A stretch of 64,000 nt of DNA from Fidelibacterota bacterium (GTDB lineage Bacteria > Fidelibacterota > Marinisomatia > Marinisomatales > JABMOV01), in NCBI GenBank assembly GCA_046861395.1, contig JBHHUC010000002.1, positions 28,677 through 92,676 on the forward strand, given 5' to 3'. Below are positions 45,126 through 55,484 of the stretch, one piece after another. The first letter of the stretch is position 1. Every line of letters starts with the position of its first letter. Position numbers and translations under genes: made by a program. Under the pieces are notes generated by a model. That model saw nothing but the letters and a program-made list of their open reading frames with translations, was not told the DNA's origin and ran no database searches.

Positions 45126-46343
45126 TCATTGAAAATATTTCAGTGTAGTTTTCAGAGCGGCTATAAAGTAATCGATTTCCTCACTTGTATTATAAAAGTA
45201 AAAGCTGGCCCGCACGGTAGAATTTACACCCAGCGCCTGTAAAGCCGGCTGGGCACAATGGTGTCCGGCTCGCACGGCAATGCCATCCTGATCCAGGAAT
45301 TGTGCCAGGTCTGCAGCCGGTACACCGTCAATCGTAAACAGCAGAACGGGTCCGCAAGCCTTGTCGGGTCCGTAGAGATGAAGACCCGGCACCGTACTCA
45401 GTGCTTCCCGAGCCTGGCGCCACAGCACATGTTCCGTGGCGGCGATGTCCTGCAACGGCAGGGATTCCAGATATTCAATCGCCGCGCCAAGACCAATGAC
45501 TTGAGCAATAGCCGGTGTTCCGGCCTCAAAGCGATAAGGCGGAACATTCCAGGTCGTCGCTTCAAGGGTGACCCGATCAATCATTTCACCGCCGCCTTGA
45601 AAGGGTTCCATTGACTCCAGGATTTCACTCTTAGCGTATAGGACACCTACTCCAGTCGGTCCCAGCATTTTATGGCCGGAAAAAGCAAAAAAATCACAAT
45701 CCATATCTGTCACATTAACGGGCATATGAGGAACACTCTGAGCTCCATCCACCAATACCAGAGCCCCCTTTTCATGAGCCCGGGTTATAATATTTTCCAC
45801 CGGATTGATGGTTCCGAAAATATTGGACTGTTGCGTCACTGCCACCAGTTTGGTATGAGGCGACAACAGCCGGTCAAGATGACTCAGGTCCAGGGTTCCG
45901 GATTGGGTCATGGGTATGACCTTCAGTGTAGCGCCGGTTTCACGGCAGACCGTCTGCCAGGGAACCAGATTGCTGTGATGCTCCATTTCGGTAATTAATA
46001 CTTCGTCATCGGGACCCAATTCCCGGCGGGCCCAAGCATAGGCTACCAGATTGATCGATTCCGTTGTTCCCCGGGTAAAAACAATATTTTTGGCCGACGG
46101 AGCAGAAATAAATCGCGCCACTGCTTCCCGCACTGCTTCATAACGATTGGTCGCTTTTTCACTGTGATGATAAATCCCCCGGTGCACATTGGCTGTATAA
46201 TTGCGGTAATAATCCACCATGGCGTCAATGACGGTCAGCGGTTTCTGGGTCGTGGCCGCATTGTCAAAATAAATCAGAGATTTTCCGTGAGCCTCCGATT
46301 GCAATCCGGGAAAATCCCGGCGGACGGAATCAATATCAATCAC
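45126..46343 (-). CDS. sufS: Cysteine desulfurase SufS (class II)
   Basis: 405 aa with the PLP-Lys motif FSGHKMLGPTG and the active-site region RAGHHCAQP. Confidence 0.9.
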   Translation of the reverse strand: MIDIDSVRRDFPGLQSEAHGKSLIYFDNAATTQKPLTVIDAMVDYYRNYTANVHRGIYHHSEKATNRYEAVREAVARFISAPSAKNIVFTRGTTESINLVAYAWARRELGPDDEVLITEMEHHSNLVPWQTVCRETGATLKVIPMTQSGTLDLSHLDRLLSPHTKLVAVTQQSNIFGTINPVENIITRAHEKGALVLVDGAQSVPHMPVNVTDMDCDFFAFSGHKMLGPTGVGVLYAKSEILESMEPFQGGGEMIDRVTLEATTWNVPPYRFEAGTPAIAQVIGLGAAIEYLESLPLQDIAATEHVLWRQAREALSTVPGLHLYGPDKACGPVLLFTIDGVPAADLAQFLDQDGIAVRAGHHCAQPALQALGVNSTVRASFYFYNTSEEIDYFIAALKTTLKYFQ

Positions 46344-46345
46344 AG

Positions 46346-46894
46346 CTACAGCAATCCCAACTGAAGCAGGGCTTCCTCTGTCATCATATCCTTATTCCAC
46401 TGGGGTTCCCAGACTAGTTCCACCAGGACATCATGAACGCCGGGCACAGCTTTCACTTTCTGTTCGGCATTCCCGGCAATGACCGGTCCCATGCCGCAAC
46501 CGGGAGCGGTCAGGGTCATCTTGATATATATATTGGTGCCCTTATTTCGGGGCGCTGGTTTCAGTTTTAAATCATAGATCAAGCCCAGATCAACAATATT
46601 CACCGGAATTTCGGGATCATAGACCGATTTCAGTTGATCCCAGATCATGTGTTCATCGACTCCATTCGTTCCGGAAACCAGGCCGGCATCGATCAGTTCC
46701 GGCTCATAACCCAAAGCATCTGCATTAGCCCCTGAAATCTGATACATATTCCCCTGAAAAACTACAGTGTACGTTCCGCCCAAGGCCTGAGTTATCCGTA
46801 CTGGTTCATCCTTTTTCAGGACAACCTGCTCACCGGAGGGAACAATAAATGCTTCCACATTCCGGGTGAGACGAACCGTTTCATTCGTATTCAT
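46346..46894 (-). CDS. sufT: SufT-like Fe-S assembly protein (N-terminal domain + DUF59)
   Basis: 182 aa. The C-terminal DUF59 reads VYDPEIPVNIVDLGLIY...LTAPGCGMG. The size and position within the suf operon fit SufT. Confidence 0.7.
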   Translation of the reverse strand: MNTNETVRLTRNVEAFIVPSGEQVVLKKDEPVRITQALGGTYTVVFQGNMYQISGANADALGYEPELIDAGLVSGTNGVDEHMIWDQLKSVYDPEIPVNIVDLGLIYDLKLKPAPRNKGTNIYIKMTLTAPGCGMGPVIAGNAEQKVKAVPGVHDVLVELVWEPQWNKDMMTEEALLQLGLL

Positions 46895-47310
46895 TCTGAT
46901 TCTTTCCTTATGGCCGCTTTTACTTTTTCCAGAGCACTGATAAATCCATTGGTTCGCTGACTGGTAATTGTATCCGATAATCCCAGAGCCGCCAGGAATT
47001 CCCGTGGGTCCACTTTCTGAATTATTTCGGCCCGCTCGCCAGACAAAACCGTTGCCAATAGCGTCAGTAAACCTTTGACAATGTTGGCATCCGAATCGAC
47101 CTGAAACTGATAGTTGCCGTCAGGACTTTTCTGCCACACTACCCAGGCCTGTGAGGCACAACCCGGTACGCGGTTCTTGTCCACACGGTGGGCCGGATCA
47201 AAAGCCGGAGCTTGTTTACCAATATCCATGATTTGAATGAATATATCGCGGGGATCATCAAATAGTTCAAAGTCCTCCCGGATGGCCGCCAGTTTGGATT
47301 CAATACTCAT
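46891..47310 (-). CDS. sufE: SufE sulfur acceptor
   Basis: 139 aa with the motif VPGCASQAWV and a C-terminal SQRTNGF segment. Confidence 0.85.
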   Translation of the reverse strand: MSIESKLAAIREDFELFDDPRDIFIQIMDIGKQAPAFDPAHRVDKNRVPGCASQAWVVWQKSPDGNYQFQVDSDANIVKGLLTLLATVLSGERAEIIQKVDPREFLAALGLSDTITSQRTNGFISALEKVKAAIRKESE

Positions 47311-48557
47311 ATCTCATTCGCCTCCAGCCACTGATGTAAACGCTGCGCAAAAGCCTCCCGGATATTTTCGGCCGGAACGGCATCCAGAATATCCTCGGCA
47401 AACCCCATCAATAAAATAGCCCTGGCATCGCGTTCCGATATTCCCCGGGATCGCAGATAAAATAAGGCATCGTCATCCAGTTCTCCGGTTGTGGTACCAT
47501 GAGAACAAGCCACATCATCATTGTAGATTTCCAATTGCGGAATCGCATTGACCCGGGCCGTTTCAGACAATAATATGTTTTTATTGGTTTGATTGGCATT
47601 GGTGCCGCAGGCCCCTTCCTCCACAATGATCCGTCCGTTAAATACAGCCCGGGATGAATCGCGAAGAATAATCTTGGCTGTTTCATCGCTATTACCGTGG
47701 CCGGCATGATGATGAACGGTAGTATGATAATCACAATGATGCTGGTCTTTCACCAGATTTAAAATATTATAGGACGTTTCCCCGTGGCTTCCGACCTGTC
47801 GAATCCGACTGTCAACCCGGGTCAGCTTTCCTCCCGTGGTGAGATGAGTCATGGCAAGACGACTGTTAGCATTCTGGATAATGTTCTGGTAGGAGAAATG
47901 CAAGGCTCCGGTGCCACCCTCCCGAATCTGATATAGGGACAGGCGGGAATCGTCTCCCAAGATGATTTCTTCGCGATGGTTGGTCAATGTTTTCCCCTTG
48001 CCTTCGGAAAGAAACGTTTCCGTGACACTCACTTCACTCCCCGCTTCCGTCCGGAGCAGGAGCTGTGAATGACTGGCACCGTTGGCATCGGTTTCATTGG
48101 CGGTAAACCAGATGATCTGAACCGGTCGATCCACCCGGATACCGGCCGATACACGGACCTGAAGGCTTTCCCGCGCCAGGGCCCGGTTCCAGTCCACAAA
48201 AGCATTGGTATCACGTTGATCCATCTGGGGGAATTCGCTTTCCCGATGAATAACAATATTCAAACCCGGGACTGCTGATAATTCACTCCAATCGGTTTCC
48301 AGGCGTCCGTTCAGGAAGCAAATGCGGATTGCGCCCGGTAGAGTCACACGATCGATTTTCGCTTTTATGGCCGTTCGGTCTTTTGGTGAGGGTAGAACAG
48401 GAAACGGTGTTCGGGACAGGAATGAGACATTTGTAAAACGCCAAGCTTCCTGCCTGGGAGTAGGAAAACCAGTTTTCATGAACCGGTCCCAGGCTGCACG
48501 GCGGTCAGAGTTCACATCGTCCCGGTTCATAGTATAGGGGAGTGCTTCAGTCATCAT
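47307..48557 (-). CDS. sufD: SufD
   Basis: SufBD beta-helix with C-terminus PQLEIYNDDVACSHGTTTGELDDDALFYLRSRGI. The start is probably the ATG at 48557 or 48554 (MMTEALPY); the track ORF extends to 48614. Confidence 0.85.
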   Translation of the reverse strand: MMTEALPYTMNRDDVNSDRRAAWDRFMKTGFPTPRQEAWRFTNVSFLSRTPFPVLPSPKDRTAIKAKIDRVTLPGAIRICFLNGRLETDWSELSAVPGLNIVIHRESEFPQMDQRDTNAFVDWNRALARESLQVRVSAGIRVDRPVQIIWFTANETDANGASHSQLLLRTEAGSEVSVTETFLSEGKGKTLTNHREEIILGDDSRLSLYQIREGGTGALHFSYQNIIQNANSRLAMTHLTTGGKLTRVDSRIRQVGSHGETSYNILNLVKDQHHCDYHTTVHHHAGHGNSDETAKIILRDSSRAVFNGRIIVEEGACGTNANQTNKNILLSETARVNAIPQLEIYNDDVACSHGTTTGELDDDALFYLRSRGISERDARAILLMGFAEDILDAVPAENIREAFAQRLHQWLEANEI

Positions 48558-49296
48558 TCCGATCCAGCCAATTATAACCTTTTTCCTCCAGAGATAATGC
48601 CAGGTCAGGACCACCGGTTTTCACGATGCTGCCGTTGATCAATACATGAACCACATCGGGAACGATATATTTCAGCAATCGCTGGTAGTGAGTAATGACA
48701 ATGAAGGCATGATCCGGATTCCGGTAGCCGTTGACACCTTCCGCTACGATTTGCAGCGCATCGATGTCCAGGCCCGAATCGGTTTCGTCCAGGATGGCCA
48801 GTTTCGGTTCCAGGGTGATCATCTGGAGAATTTCATTCCGTTTTTTCTCACCCCCGGAAAATCCTTCGTTCACGGATCGTTTTAGGTAGGAAATATCCAT
48901 TCCGACGGTTTTGATTTTTTCCTTGATGAGCTTCATGAAAGAGGCGGCGTCCAGTTCCGGTTGTCCCAGATACTTTCGCTTGGCATTGTAGGCCGCCCGC
49001 AGGAAATACGTATTATTCACACCGGGAATAACGACCGGATATTGGAACGATTGAAAAATGCCCCGCAGGGCTCGTTCTTCCGTGGACAAGGCCAGCAGGT
49101 CCTGCTCTTCATAGGTGATGGATCCAGCGGAAATGGTATAGCCTTCCTTGCCGGAAAGGATATTGGCCAGCGTACTTTTTCCGCTACCATTGCGCCCCAT
49201 AATGGCGTGCATTTCACCCTTTTTGACCGTCAGGTTGATGCCTTTCAATATGGGCTTACCGTCGATGGCGGCATGGAGATTTTTAATTTCTAACAT
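48547..49296 (-). CDS. sufC: SufC ATPase
   Basis: 249 aa. Walker A GRNGSGKST, signature FSGGEKKR, Walker B LAILDETDSGLD. Confidence 0.95.
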   Translation of the reverse strand: MLEIKNLHAAIDGKPILKGINLTVKKGEMHAIMGRNGSGKSTLANILSGKEGYTISAGSITYEEQDLLALSTEERALRGIFQSFQYPVVIPGVNNTYFLRAAYNAKRKYLGQPELDAASFMKLIKEKIKTVGMDISYLKRSVNEGFSGGEKKRNEILQMITLEPKLAILDETDSGLDIDALQIVAEGVNGYRNPDHAFIVITHYQRLLKYIVPDVVHVLINGSIVKTGGPDLALSLEEKGYNWLDRNDD

Positions 49297-49329
49297 GGTA
49301 TTTTCTGTTTAGCATATTTTATAAAATGA

Positions 49330-50772
49330 TTACCCTACGGACCCTTCCAAACTCACTTCCATCAGCTTCTGTGCTTCCATGGCAAATTCCATGGGCAGTT
49401 TTTGGAAAACATCTTTACAGAAACCGTTTACGATCATAGAAACGGCATCTTCTTCGGATAATCCTCGCTGTTTGCAATAAAAGATCTGCTCTTCACCGAT
49501 CTTTGATGTAGTGGCTTCATGTTCCATCTTGGCCGAAGGATTTCGTACATCCACGTAGGGGAAAGTATGGGCCCCGCAGCGGTCTCCGATCAAAATGGAA
49601 TCACACTGGGAATAGTTCCGCGCCTGTTCGGCATGCTTCATGATTTTTACTTCGCCCCGGTAGGCATTCTGACTTTGTCCGGCCGAAATCCCCTTGGAAA
49701 TAATTGTACTCCGGGAATGCTTCCCGATATGAATCATCTTCGTGCCCGTATCGGCCTGCTGATGGTTATTGGTCAGCGCAACAGAATAGAACTCACCGAT
49801 AGTATAATCCCCTTTCAGAATTACACTGGGATATTTCCAGGTAACGGCGGAACCAGTTTCCACCTGTGTCCAGGATATCTTTGCCCGGTCTTCCCGACAT
49901 ATTCCCCGCTTGGTCACAAAATTATAGATACCGCCCTTTCCCTCCTTGTCACCGGGATACCAATTCTGCACGGTGGAATATTTGATATAGGCATCCTTGT
50001 GTGCTACCAGCTCCACGACGGCGGCGTGTAATTGATTCTCATCCCGCATGGGAGCCGTACATCCTTCCAGATAACTGACCGTACTTCCCTCCTCCGCGAT
50101 GATCAGAGTCCGCTCGAACTGTCCAGTATTCAGGGCATTGATCCGGAAATAGGTCGATAATTCCATGGGACAGGTAACGCCCTTGGGAATATAGACAAAG
50201 GAACCATCGCTGAAAACGGCGGAATTCAGGGCGGCATAAAAATTATCGCTAGCCGGTACCACCGATCCCAGATATTTTTTCACCAGGTCGGGATGGGAAT
50301 GAACGGCTTCTGACAGGGGACAAAAAATGATCCCATGTTTAGCCAGCTCCTTTTTAAACGTCGTCGTAACGGAAACACTGTCAAAGACGGCATCCACGGC
50401 CACACCGGCCAGAATTTTCTGCTCCTCCAAGGGAATTCCCAGCTTGGCGTAAGTATCCAGTAATTCCGGATCGACTTCATCCAGACTCTTATGTTTTGGT
50501 TTCTTGGGAGCCGAAAAATAACTGATGTCCTGGAAATCAATTTCCGGATAACGAACACTGGCCCAGGACGGCTCCTCCATCGTCAACCAGTGACGATATG
50601 CCTTGAGGCGCCACTGCAGCAACCAGTCCGGTTCTCCCTTGATTGCGGAAATCCGGCGAATCACATCTTCATTCAATCCGGGCGCAAAAGTGTCCTGTTT
50701 AATATCGGTGAAAAAACCGTAGGCGTAATCCCGGTCAATGGCTTCATCAATAATTTTCTTTTCGTCACTCAT
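49330..50772 (-). CDS. sufB: SufB
   Basis: 480 aa. The typical SufB C-terminal half reads [16 protein letters not shown]...YRG...CDSILIGD...[20 protein letters not shown]. Confidence 0.95.
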   Translation of the reverse strand: MSDEKKIIDEAIDRDYAYGFFTDIKQDTFAPGLNEDVIRRISAIKGEPDWLLQWRLKAYRHWLTMEEPSWASVRYPEIDFQDISYFSAPKKPKHKSLDEVDPELLDTYAKLGIPLEEQKILAGVAVDAVFDSVSVTTTFKKELAKHGIIFCPLSEAVHSHPDLVKKYLGSVVPASDNFYAALNSAVFSDGSFVYIPKGVTCPMELSTYFRINALNTGQFERTLIIAEEGSTVSYLEGCTAPMRDENQLHAAVVELVAHKDAYIKYSTVQNWYPGDKEGKGGIYNFVTKRGICREDRAKISWTQVETGSAVTWKYPSVILKGDYTIGEFYSVALTNNHQQADTGTKMIHIGKHSRSTIISKGISAGQSQNAYRGEVKIMKHAEQARNYSQCDSILIGDRCGAHTFPYVDVRNPSAKMEHEATTSKIGEEQIFYCKQRGLSEEDAVSMIVNGFCKDVFQKLPMEFAMEAQKLMEVSLEGSVG

Positions 50773-50781
50773 ACCTTATTC

Positions 50782-51165
50782 TCAGGTCGAAAAACTCGTA
50801 CCGCAACCACAGGTTTTATCGGCATTGGGATTGATAATCTTGAAACCGCCGTTCAGCAAATCATCGGAATAGTCAATGGTACACCCTTTCAGCACCAACC
50901 AGCTTTTCAAGTCACAGAAAATCTGCAGGCCGTTGGACCACATGATTTTATCATCAGGACCGGCCTGATCCGAAAAAGACATGGTGTAATTCAGACCCGA
51001 ACAGCCTCCGCTATCCACCCCGAATCGCAGGGCATAATTCTCTTTTCCTTCACTGACCATGGCAGCGCGGAAGCGCTTTACGGCCGCCGGTGTAACGGTA
51101 ATTGTCATTTGATTGAACGCCTCCAGGTCGGAGGATGGTTCACGTTTTACTTCATTCCCACGCAT
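50782..51165 (-). CDS. sufA: A-type Fe-S carrier (IscA/SufA/ErpA, HesB family)
   Basis: GGCSGLNY...C-terminal CGCGTSF motif. An alternative start at the ATG at 51108 (MTITVTPAAV...) would give the usual length of about 108 aa. Confidence 0.85.
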   Translation of the reverse strand: MRGNEVKREPSSDLEAFNQMTITVTPAAVKRFRAAMVSEGKENYALRFGVDSGGCSGLNYTMSFSDQAGPDDKIMWSNGLQIFCDLKSWLVLKGCTIDYSDDLLNGGFKIINPNADKTCGCGTSFST

Positions 51166-51514
51166 GATTCTCTTCCTTCTCCCCGTGATTTGTCGTTGCT
51201 CCCAGGCCCAATTGTTTCCGTGCTTCCGGACTCAACCGGGAAGGATCCCAGGGCGGATCGAATGTAATAAGAACATCCGCCGAATGCACTTCGTCCAGTT
51301 TTTCCAGCCTGGTCTTCACATCCTGAGCCATGACCGACCCCAGGGAACAGCCCGGTGTCGTCAGACTCATGGTAACGGCCACATCCCAGGTTCGGGTCCC
51401 GGCCCGCGGTTGGATGTCAATGTCGTAGATCAAGCCCAGATTCCAGAGATCAATGGGTATTTCCGGGTCGTAGCAGGTTTTTAACACATCGATAACGGTT
51501 TCTCGCTTCATCAT
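51152..51514 (-). CDS. DUF59 (MIP18-family) Fe-S assembly protein
   Basis: 120 aa with YDPEIPIDLWNLGLIYDI and LTTPGCSLG. Confidence 0.75.
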   Translation of the reverse strand: MMKRETVIDVLKTCYDPEIPIDLWNLGLIYDIDIQPRAGTRTWDVAVTMSLTTPGCSLGSVMAQDVKTRLEKLDEVHSADVLITFDPPWDPSRLSPEARKQLGLGATTNHGEKEENHAWE

Positions 51515-51912
51515 GACTCCATTACATCTGCCACTGAAAGATTATTGAACATCGTACGAATGGAATCGTTGATTTTCACAATCGGCGACTTGATGTTGCA
51601 CTGTGAAATCTGTCCGCAGCCGGAATCGAAAAAACAATCCATCAATCCCACCGGTCCTTCCAGAATTTCGAAAAAATGAGTCAGGTTTATCTGCGAAAGA
51701 TCGGATTTCAGCCGGTACCCTCCCAACGGTCCCTGGAACGGTTCAATGATTCCTTCCCGGGCCATTTGCTGCAGGATCTTCGCCAAGAGCTGAGACGGAA
51801 TGCCATAGGTGCCGGCGATCTCCTTCGTGCTGGATACGGCATCCGGTCCCTTGGACTGAATGTGCCGCAGGGCGATCAGAGCATATTCCACTTTACGTGT
51901 TAATTTGAGCAT
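51511..51912 (-). CDS. Rrf2-family regulator (IscR/SufR-like) with a C-x5-C-x5-C cluster motif
   Basis: 133 aa. MLKLTRKVEYALIALRHI... is the winged helix. CFFDSGCGQISQC has IscR-like Cys spacing. It is the first gene of the suf operon. Confidence 0.85.
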   Translation of the reverse strand: MLKLTRKVEYALIALRHIQSKGPDAVSSTKEIAGTYGIPSQLLAKILQQMAREGIIEPFQGPLGGYRLKSDLSQINLTHFFEILEGPVGLMDCFFDSGCGQISQCNIKSPIVKINDSIRTMFNNLSVADVMES

Positions 51913-52033
51913 AATACGACTAATTTCATCGGATATAATTTAAGCATGAATCTCTATCATTTCGAAATAATTATAGGACATATTTAGTCCGGTTTAATTC
52001 TTACAATATGTGACGGTTACCCAGCCCTTAATG

Positions 52034-53719
52034 TTACTTCAATAAGGTGATTTTCCTGTATTCCGCACCGCCGGGCCAGGTCAATTCAGCCAGATAGATG
52101 CCGGACGGGAGGGCGCTGGCTACCCATTCTATCCGCTCCTGTCCCCCGGAACCCTGGTAGATGGTCTGGACCAACGCACCGTTGACGGAATAGATATTCA
52201 ATGCGATATCGGCTCCGTCCAGACTTGAGATTTCGAAAATAATACTGGCATTGAAGGGATTGGGATAAGCTTTTCGGATGGCAAATTGCCGCGGCAGGGT
52301 GGTTCCGGGATCGGTGTCCTGTGTCATGCCATACTGAATGGCATCCCACACCTGTACAATTCCATAACCGTAATCGTTGTCGGGATCCGTGGCCCGGGTA
52401 GCGGTAGCCATGAGGGCAGACCGTACTTCCATGGGTGACCATTCCGGATGAGCGCTGAGAATAACCGCCGCGGCTCCCCCTACCAGCGGTGTAGCCAGGG
52501 AAGTTCCGTTGGCATCCGTAAAACCGTTACTGTGTGGCAGAACGCAATAGGTATTCACACCGCGGGCACAGACTTCCGGTTTGATCCGACCGTCATAGGT
52601 CGGACCATGGGAACTGAAACCGGCCAGAGTGCCATAGCGATTCACGGCACCGACGGAAATCACCGAATCGGCATCGGCCGGAGCAATCATATAATAGGTG
52701 ATGGGATCATTGCAGGGATCGCTGGGAGGAGGATAATACCCTTCGTTGCCCATGGCCGTAACGCAGGTTACGCCCAGACTTGCGGCAATATCAATGGCAA
52801 TGGTTGTCACGGCCGTGGCTCCGTCCAAGTCACAGTAGGTGTACCAGTCCAGATATCCCAGCGAGGTGGACACTACATCTGCCCCCCGTGTTTCGCCCCA
52901 CTCCAGTCCGGCCACATAATTATCTTCCTCCAGCTGGATTTCCTGGGACACATCCTCCGTTTTGGCCAGTAGAAATTCGGCATCATAAGCCGGACCGATT
53001 AAGGTATCCGGCCAATAGCCGGCCATGGTGGACAATACCATCGTTCCGTGACTGTCCTGGCCGAAGGCCGTTTCAGCTGATGTTTCATTGGCACAGACCG
53101 AATCATCGTTAATCACATCCCATTGAGCCACCAGGTTCAGGTGATTGAAGGCTTGGTGTTCCAGCCAGAACCCCGTATCCATGACCAGAATTCTCACGCC
53201 CTGTCCGGCGTAACCCGAATCATGGGCGGTATTGACCTGAATCTGGGCAATCTGATCCCAGGAAAAGCCGTACCAGGATGTATCTGCCCGGGATCCGGTC
53301 GGTTCGGTCACGGTAACGGGATCAACCGCAGGCCGTGAATAGCGCAACACCGGTTTAATCTTTTTCACGAAGGGCAAAACAGCAAGATAAGCCACATCCG
53401 TTTCGCTGACCCAGGCGGAAAGGGCATTCAGCCAGCGGCTTTCGTGGATGATTTCAACGCCAAGTTTTTCAATTTCCTCCCGGTAATGTTTACTCACGGG
53501 CCGGTCTTCCCAGCGGGACAGGCCCAGCGATGTTTTTGCCCGCCGTTCCAATGTTTTCCGGGATAATGGAACAGGGGTCTGGTCCGGTTTATCCGTCAAA
53601 TAAATCCATACTCGGTATTGACCGTTTTCCCGCACCCCGGCGGAATAAAGATTGTCCGCCACCGATCCGCCGTAACCAAGGGATAGCATCAATGCTGTGA
53701 GTATTAAGAAATGTTTCAT
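52034..53719 (-). CDS. S8 (subtilisin-family) serine peptidase with a T9SS C-terminal sorting domain
   Basis: 561 aa. The catalytic triad contexts are VMDTGF (Asp), HGTMVLS (His) and NGTSLATP (Ser). The C-terminus reads AYPNPFNASIIFEI...LNIYSVNGALV...SGIYLAELTWPGGAEYRKITLLK. Confidence 0.85.
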   Translation of the reverse strand: MKHFLILTALMLSLGYGGSVADNLYSAGVRENGQYRVWIYLTDKPDQTPVPLSRKTLERRAKTSLGLSRWEDRPVSKHYREEIEKLGVEIIHESRWLNALSAWVSETDVAYLAVLPFVKKIKPVLRYSRPAVDPVTVTEPTGSRADTSWYGFSWDQIAQIQVNTAHDSGYAGQGVRILVMDTGFWLEHQAFNHLNLVAQWDVINDDSVCANETSAETAFGQDSHGTMVLSTMAGYWPDTLIGPAYDAEFLLAKTEDVSQEIQLEEDNYVAGLEWGETRGADVVSTSLGYLDWYTYCDLDGATAVTTIAIDIAASLGVTCVTAMGNEGYYPPPSDPCNDPITYYMIAPADADSVISVGAVNRYGTLAGFSSHGPTYDGRIKPEVCARGVNTYCVLPHSNGFTDANGTSLATPLVGGAAAVILSAHPEWSPMEVRSALMATATRATDPDNDYGYGIVQVWDAIQYGMTQDTDPGTTLPRQFAIRKAYPNPFNASIIFEISSLDGADIALNIYSVNGALVQTIYQGSGGQERIEWVASALPSGIYLAELTWPGGAEYRKITLLK

Positions 53720-53721
53720 TC

Positions 53722-55473
53722 CTACTCCATAATCATGTTAATCAGTAGTGTAAGGTCATCCGTCGTCAATATCGTATCTCCGTTGACATCGCCCAGAAGG
53801 ATTTCGGCCGTCCCCGGCGTGACCACTACGGCGACAATATCGGCCAGTCGGATGACATCGGTCACGGTCATAACCAGATCGGGGACAATATCACCGGGAA
53901 TGACCTGCGGCGGGCCGATGGGAAAAACAACCGTTTCCGTCCGGGGAAAACTGGCTGAATCCCGGACCGTAACTGTGAGTTCGGCGTTTTGTCCCGGCAG
54001 AGCCGCCAGGGGAATAAATAATTGCAGGACGGTCGCGGCGGTGTCCTGGGCATTGATTCGCGCCAAAGTATCCGGCAGATTCACCCCGGTTACATTGTTG
54101 TAGGCCAAGGAATAGGACAATTCCACCGGACCATTCGTCGGGAGTAAGCCACGATTCCTGATGTCCAGCGTAAGTGCGATAATCGCTCCGGCGCCCGGCA
54201 CACCATGATTCAAATCAAAATCAATGACGGCCGGATCGCTGCCGGCCACGAAGGAGAATACCTGGTTCTGAAATAACTGATCCTGGCAGAGGGGCAATAC
54301 GCGATTAGCCGAAGGCCAGAAATAATCCGAATAAGATCCCACTTCCGGCAGGAACGCCAATAATCCCAGAACACCGTAACTCCAGTCAATACCATCGCCA
54401 TTCACACCGTAATTCAGTAATTCATTTCCGGTGCCCACCGGATAGCCGTTTTCCGCCGTCATCCAGGCCCCGGTGGCCAGATAGGTACTGTAATCCGGTT
54501 GCGGTGGATTTTCCCCATTGCCGAAGGGATGAATGAGAATGTTCCCGTAGGCATGATAGTGAAGAACATTCTGAAAATTCCGCGCTTCCATGAAAATCCG
54601 CAGCGAATCGGTCTCCGGTTCAGAAAACGGGGCCGTACCGCGATAGATCGGTGAACAGGGATTGGGGGATGAACCCTGATCATCGGCGCCCCAGTCATAA
54701 TCATAATTACGGTTCAAATCCACGCCGCGCTGGGTTCCCGTGCCACAGCCCGTATCACGACGATTCTTACGATGATAGCCCGGTGACCCGTACTGGAAGT
54801 AGAAATCCTCATTCCAGGCATAACCGTCAGGATTGAGAATGGGAACAAACCACATTTCCCGCTGATTCACCAGAAAAGTAGCCACATCGTCCTGATTATA
54901 GTTTTCGCAGAGCCATTGTACGTAATAGAACTGGTTCATCATGCCCAGGGGCTCCCGGGCGTGGGTCAGACCAGTAAACAGCACTTCCGGTTCGTCTTCG
55001 TCCGTGTCGGGGAAATCGGAAACTTTGAAAGCCCAGATTTTACGCCCTTCGATGGTTGTGCCAACCCGGACTTTGGCTGAGATGATATCGGGATACTGTA
55101 GATGAAGACTGTCATAACGGGCCCAAGCTTCATCGTAGGTATAATTTCCCTGCAGGGATCCCAGGGGGAAGTCACGCTGGGTGGCCGGAATGCTTCGGGC
55201 GGCTGACCAGGTCCCCAGATCGGGGATTACGATTTCAATCGGTACCTGAAGGGTCTGCAGGGCTCTGACCTGATCCTGATCGGCAATCATGTAGAGCGAA
55301 TCGCCCCGCAGGAAGGCATCATCCAACGGGATACCCACCGAAATCAACCGGTTCAACATGACCCGGTCAGGGTATTTCAGTCGGACCTGACTATAAAACT
55401 CAACCGGGATATTCTGCCCGAATATCCCGGTGAGAAATAAGAGACCAAGGCTGAGCAGTAAGCGTCGAATCAA
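53722..55473 (-). CDS. M14 zinc carboxypeptidase with a dockerin-like C-terminus
   Basis: 583 aa with the HxxE zinc motif (GLTHAREP) and later NPDGY. The C-terminal 58 aa contain GDVNGDTILTTDDLTLLINMI plus a degenerate first repeat. Confidence 0.8.
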   Translation of the reverse strand: MIRRLLLSLGLLFLTGIFGQNIPVEFYSQVRLKYPDRVMLNRLISVGIPLDDAFLRGDSLYMIADQDQVRALQTLQVPIEIVIPDLGTWSAARSIPATQRDFPLGSLQGNYTYDEAWARYDSLHLQYPDIISAKVRVGTTIEGRKIWAFKVSDFPDTDEDEPEVLFTGLTHAREPLGMMNQFYYVQWLCENYNQDDVATFLVNQREMWFVPILNPDGYAWNEDFYFQYGSPGYHRKNRRDTGCGTGTQRGVDLNRNYDYDWGADDQGSSPNPCSPIYRGTAPFSEPETDSLRIFMEARNFQNVLHYHAYGNILIHPFGNGENPPQPDYSTYLATGAWMTAENGYPVGTGNELLNYGVNGDGIDWSYGVLGLLAFLPEVGSYSDYFWPSANRVLPLCQDQLFQNQVFSFVAGSDPAVIDFDLNHGVPGAGAIIALTLDIRNRGLLPTNGPVELSYSLAYNNVTGVNLPDTLARINAQDTAATVLQLFIPLAALPGQNAELTVTVRDSASFPRTETVVFPIGPPQVIPGDIVPDLVMTVTDVIRLADIVAVVVTPGTAEILLGDVNGDTILTTDDLTLLINMIME

Positions 55474-55484
55474 TCAGATCCTGC

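Noticed and set aside
50491-51267. 258-aa plus-strand ORF spanning sufB, sufA and the DUF59 gene
   Set aside because: It crosses three well-supported minus-strand genes and has no motif. It is a shadow ORF.
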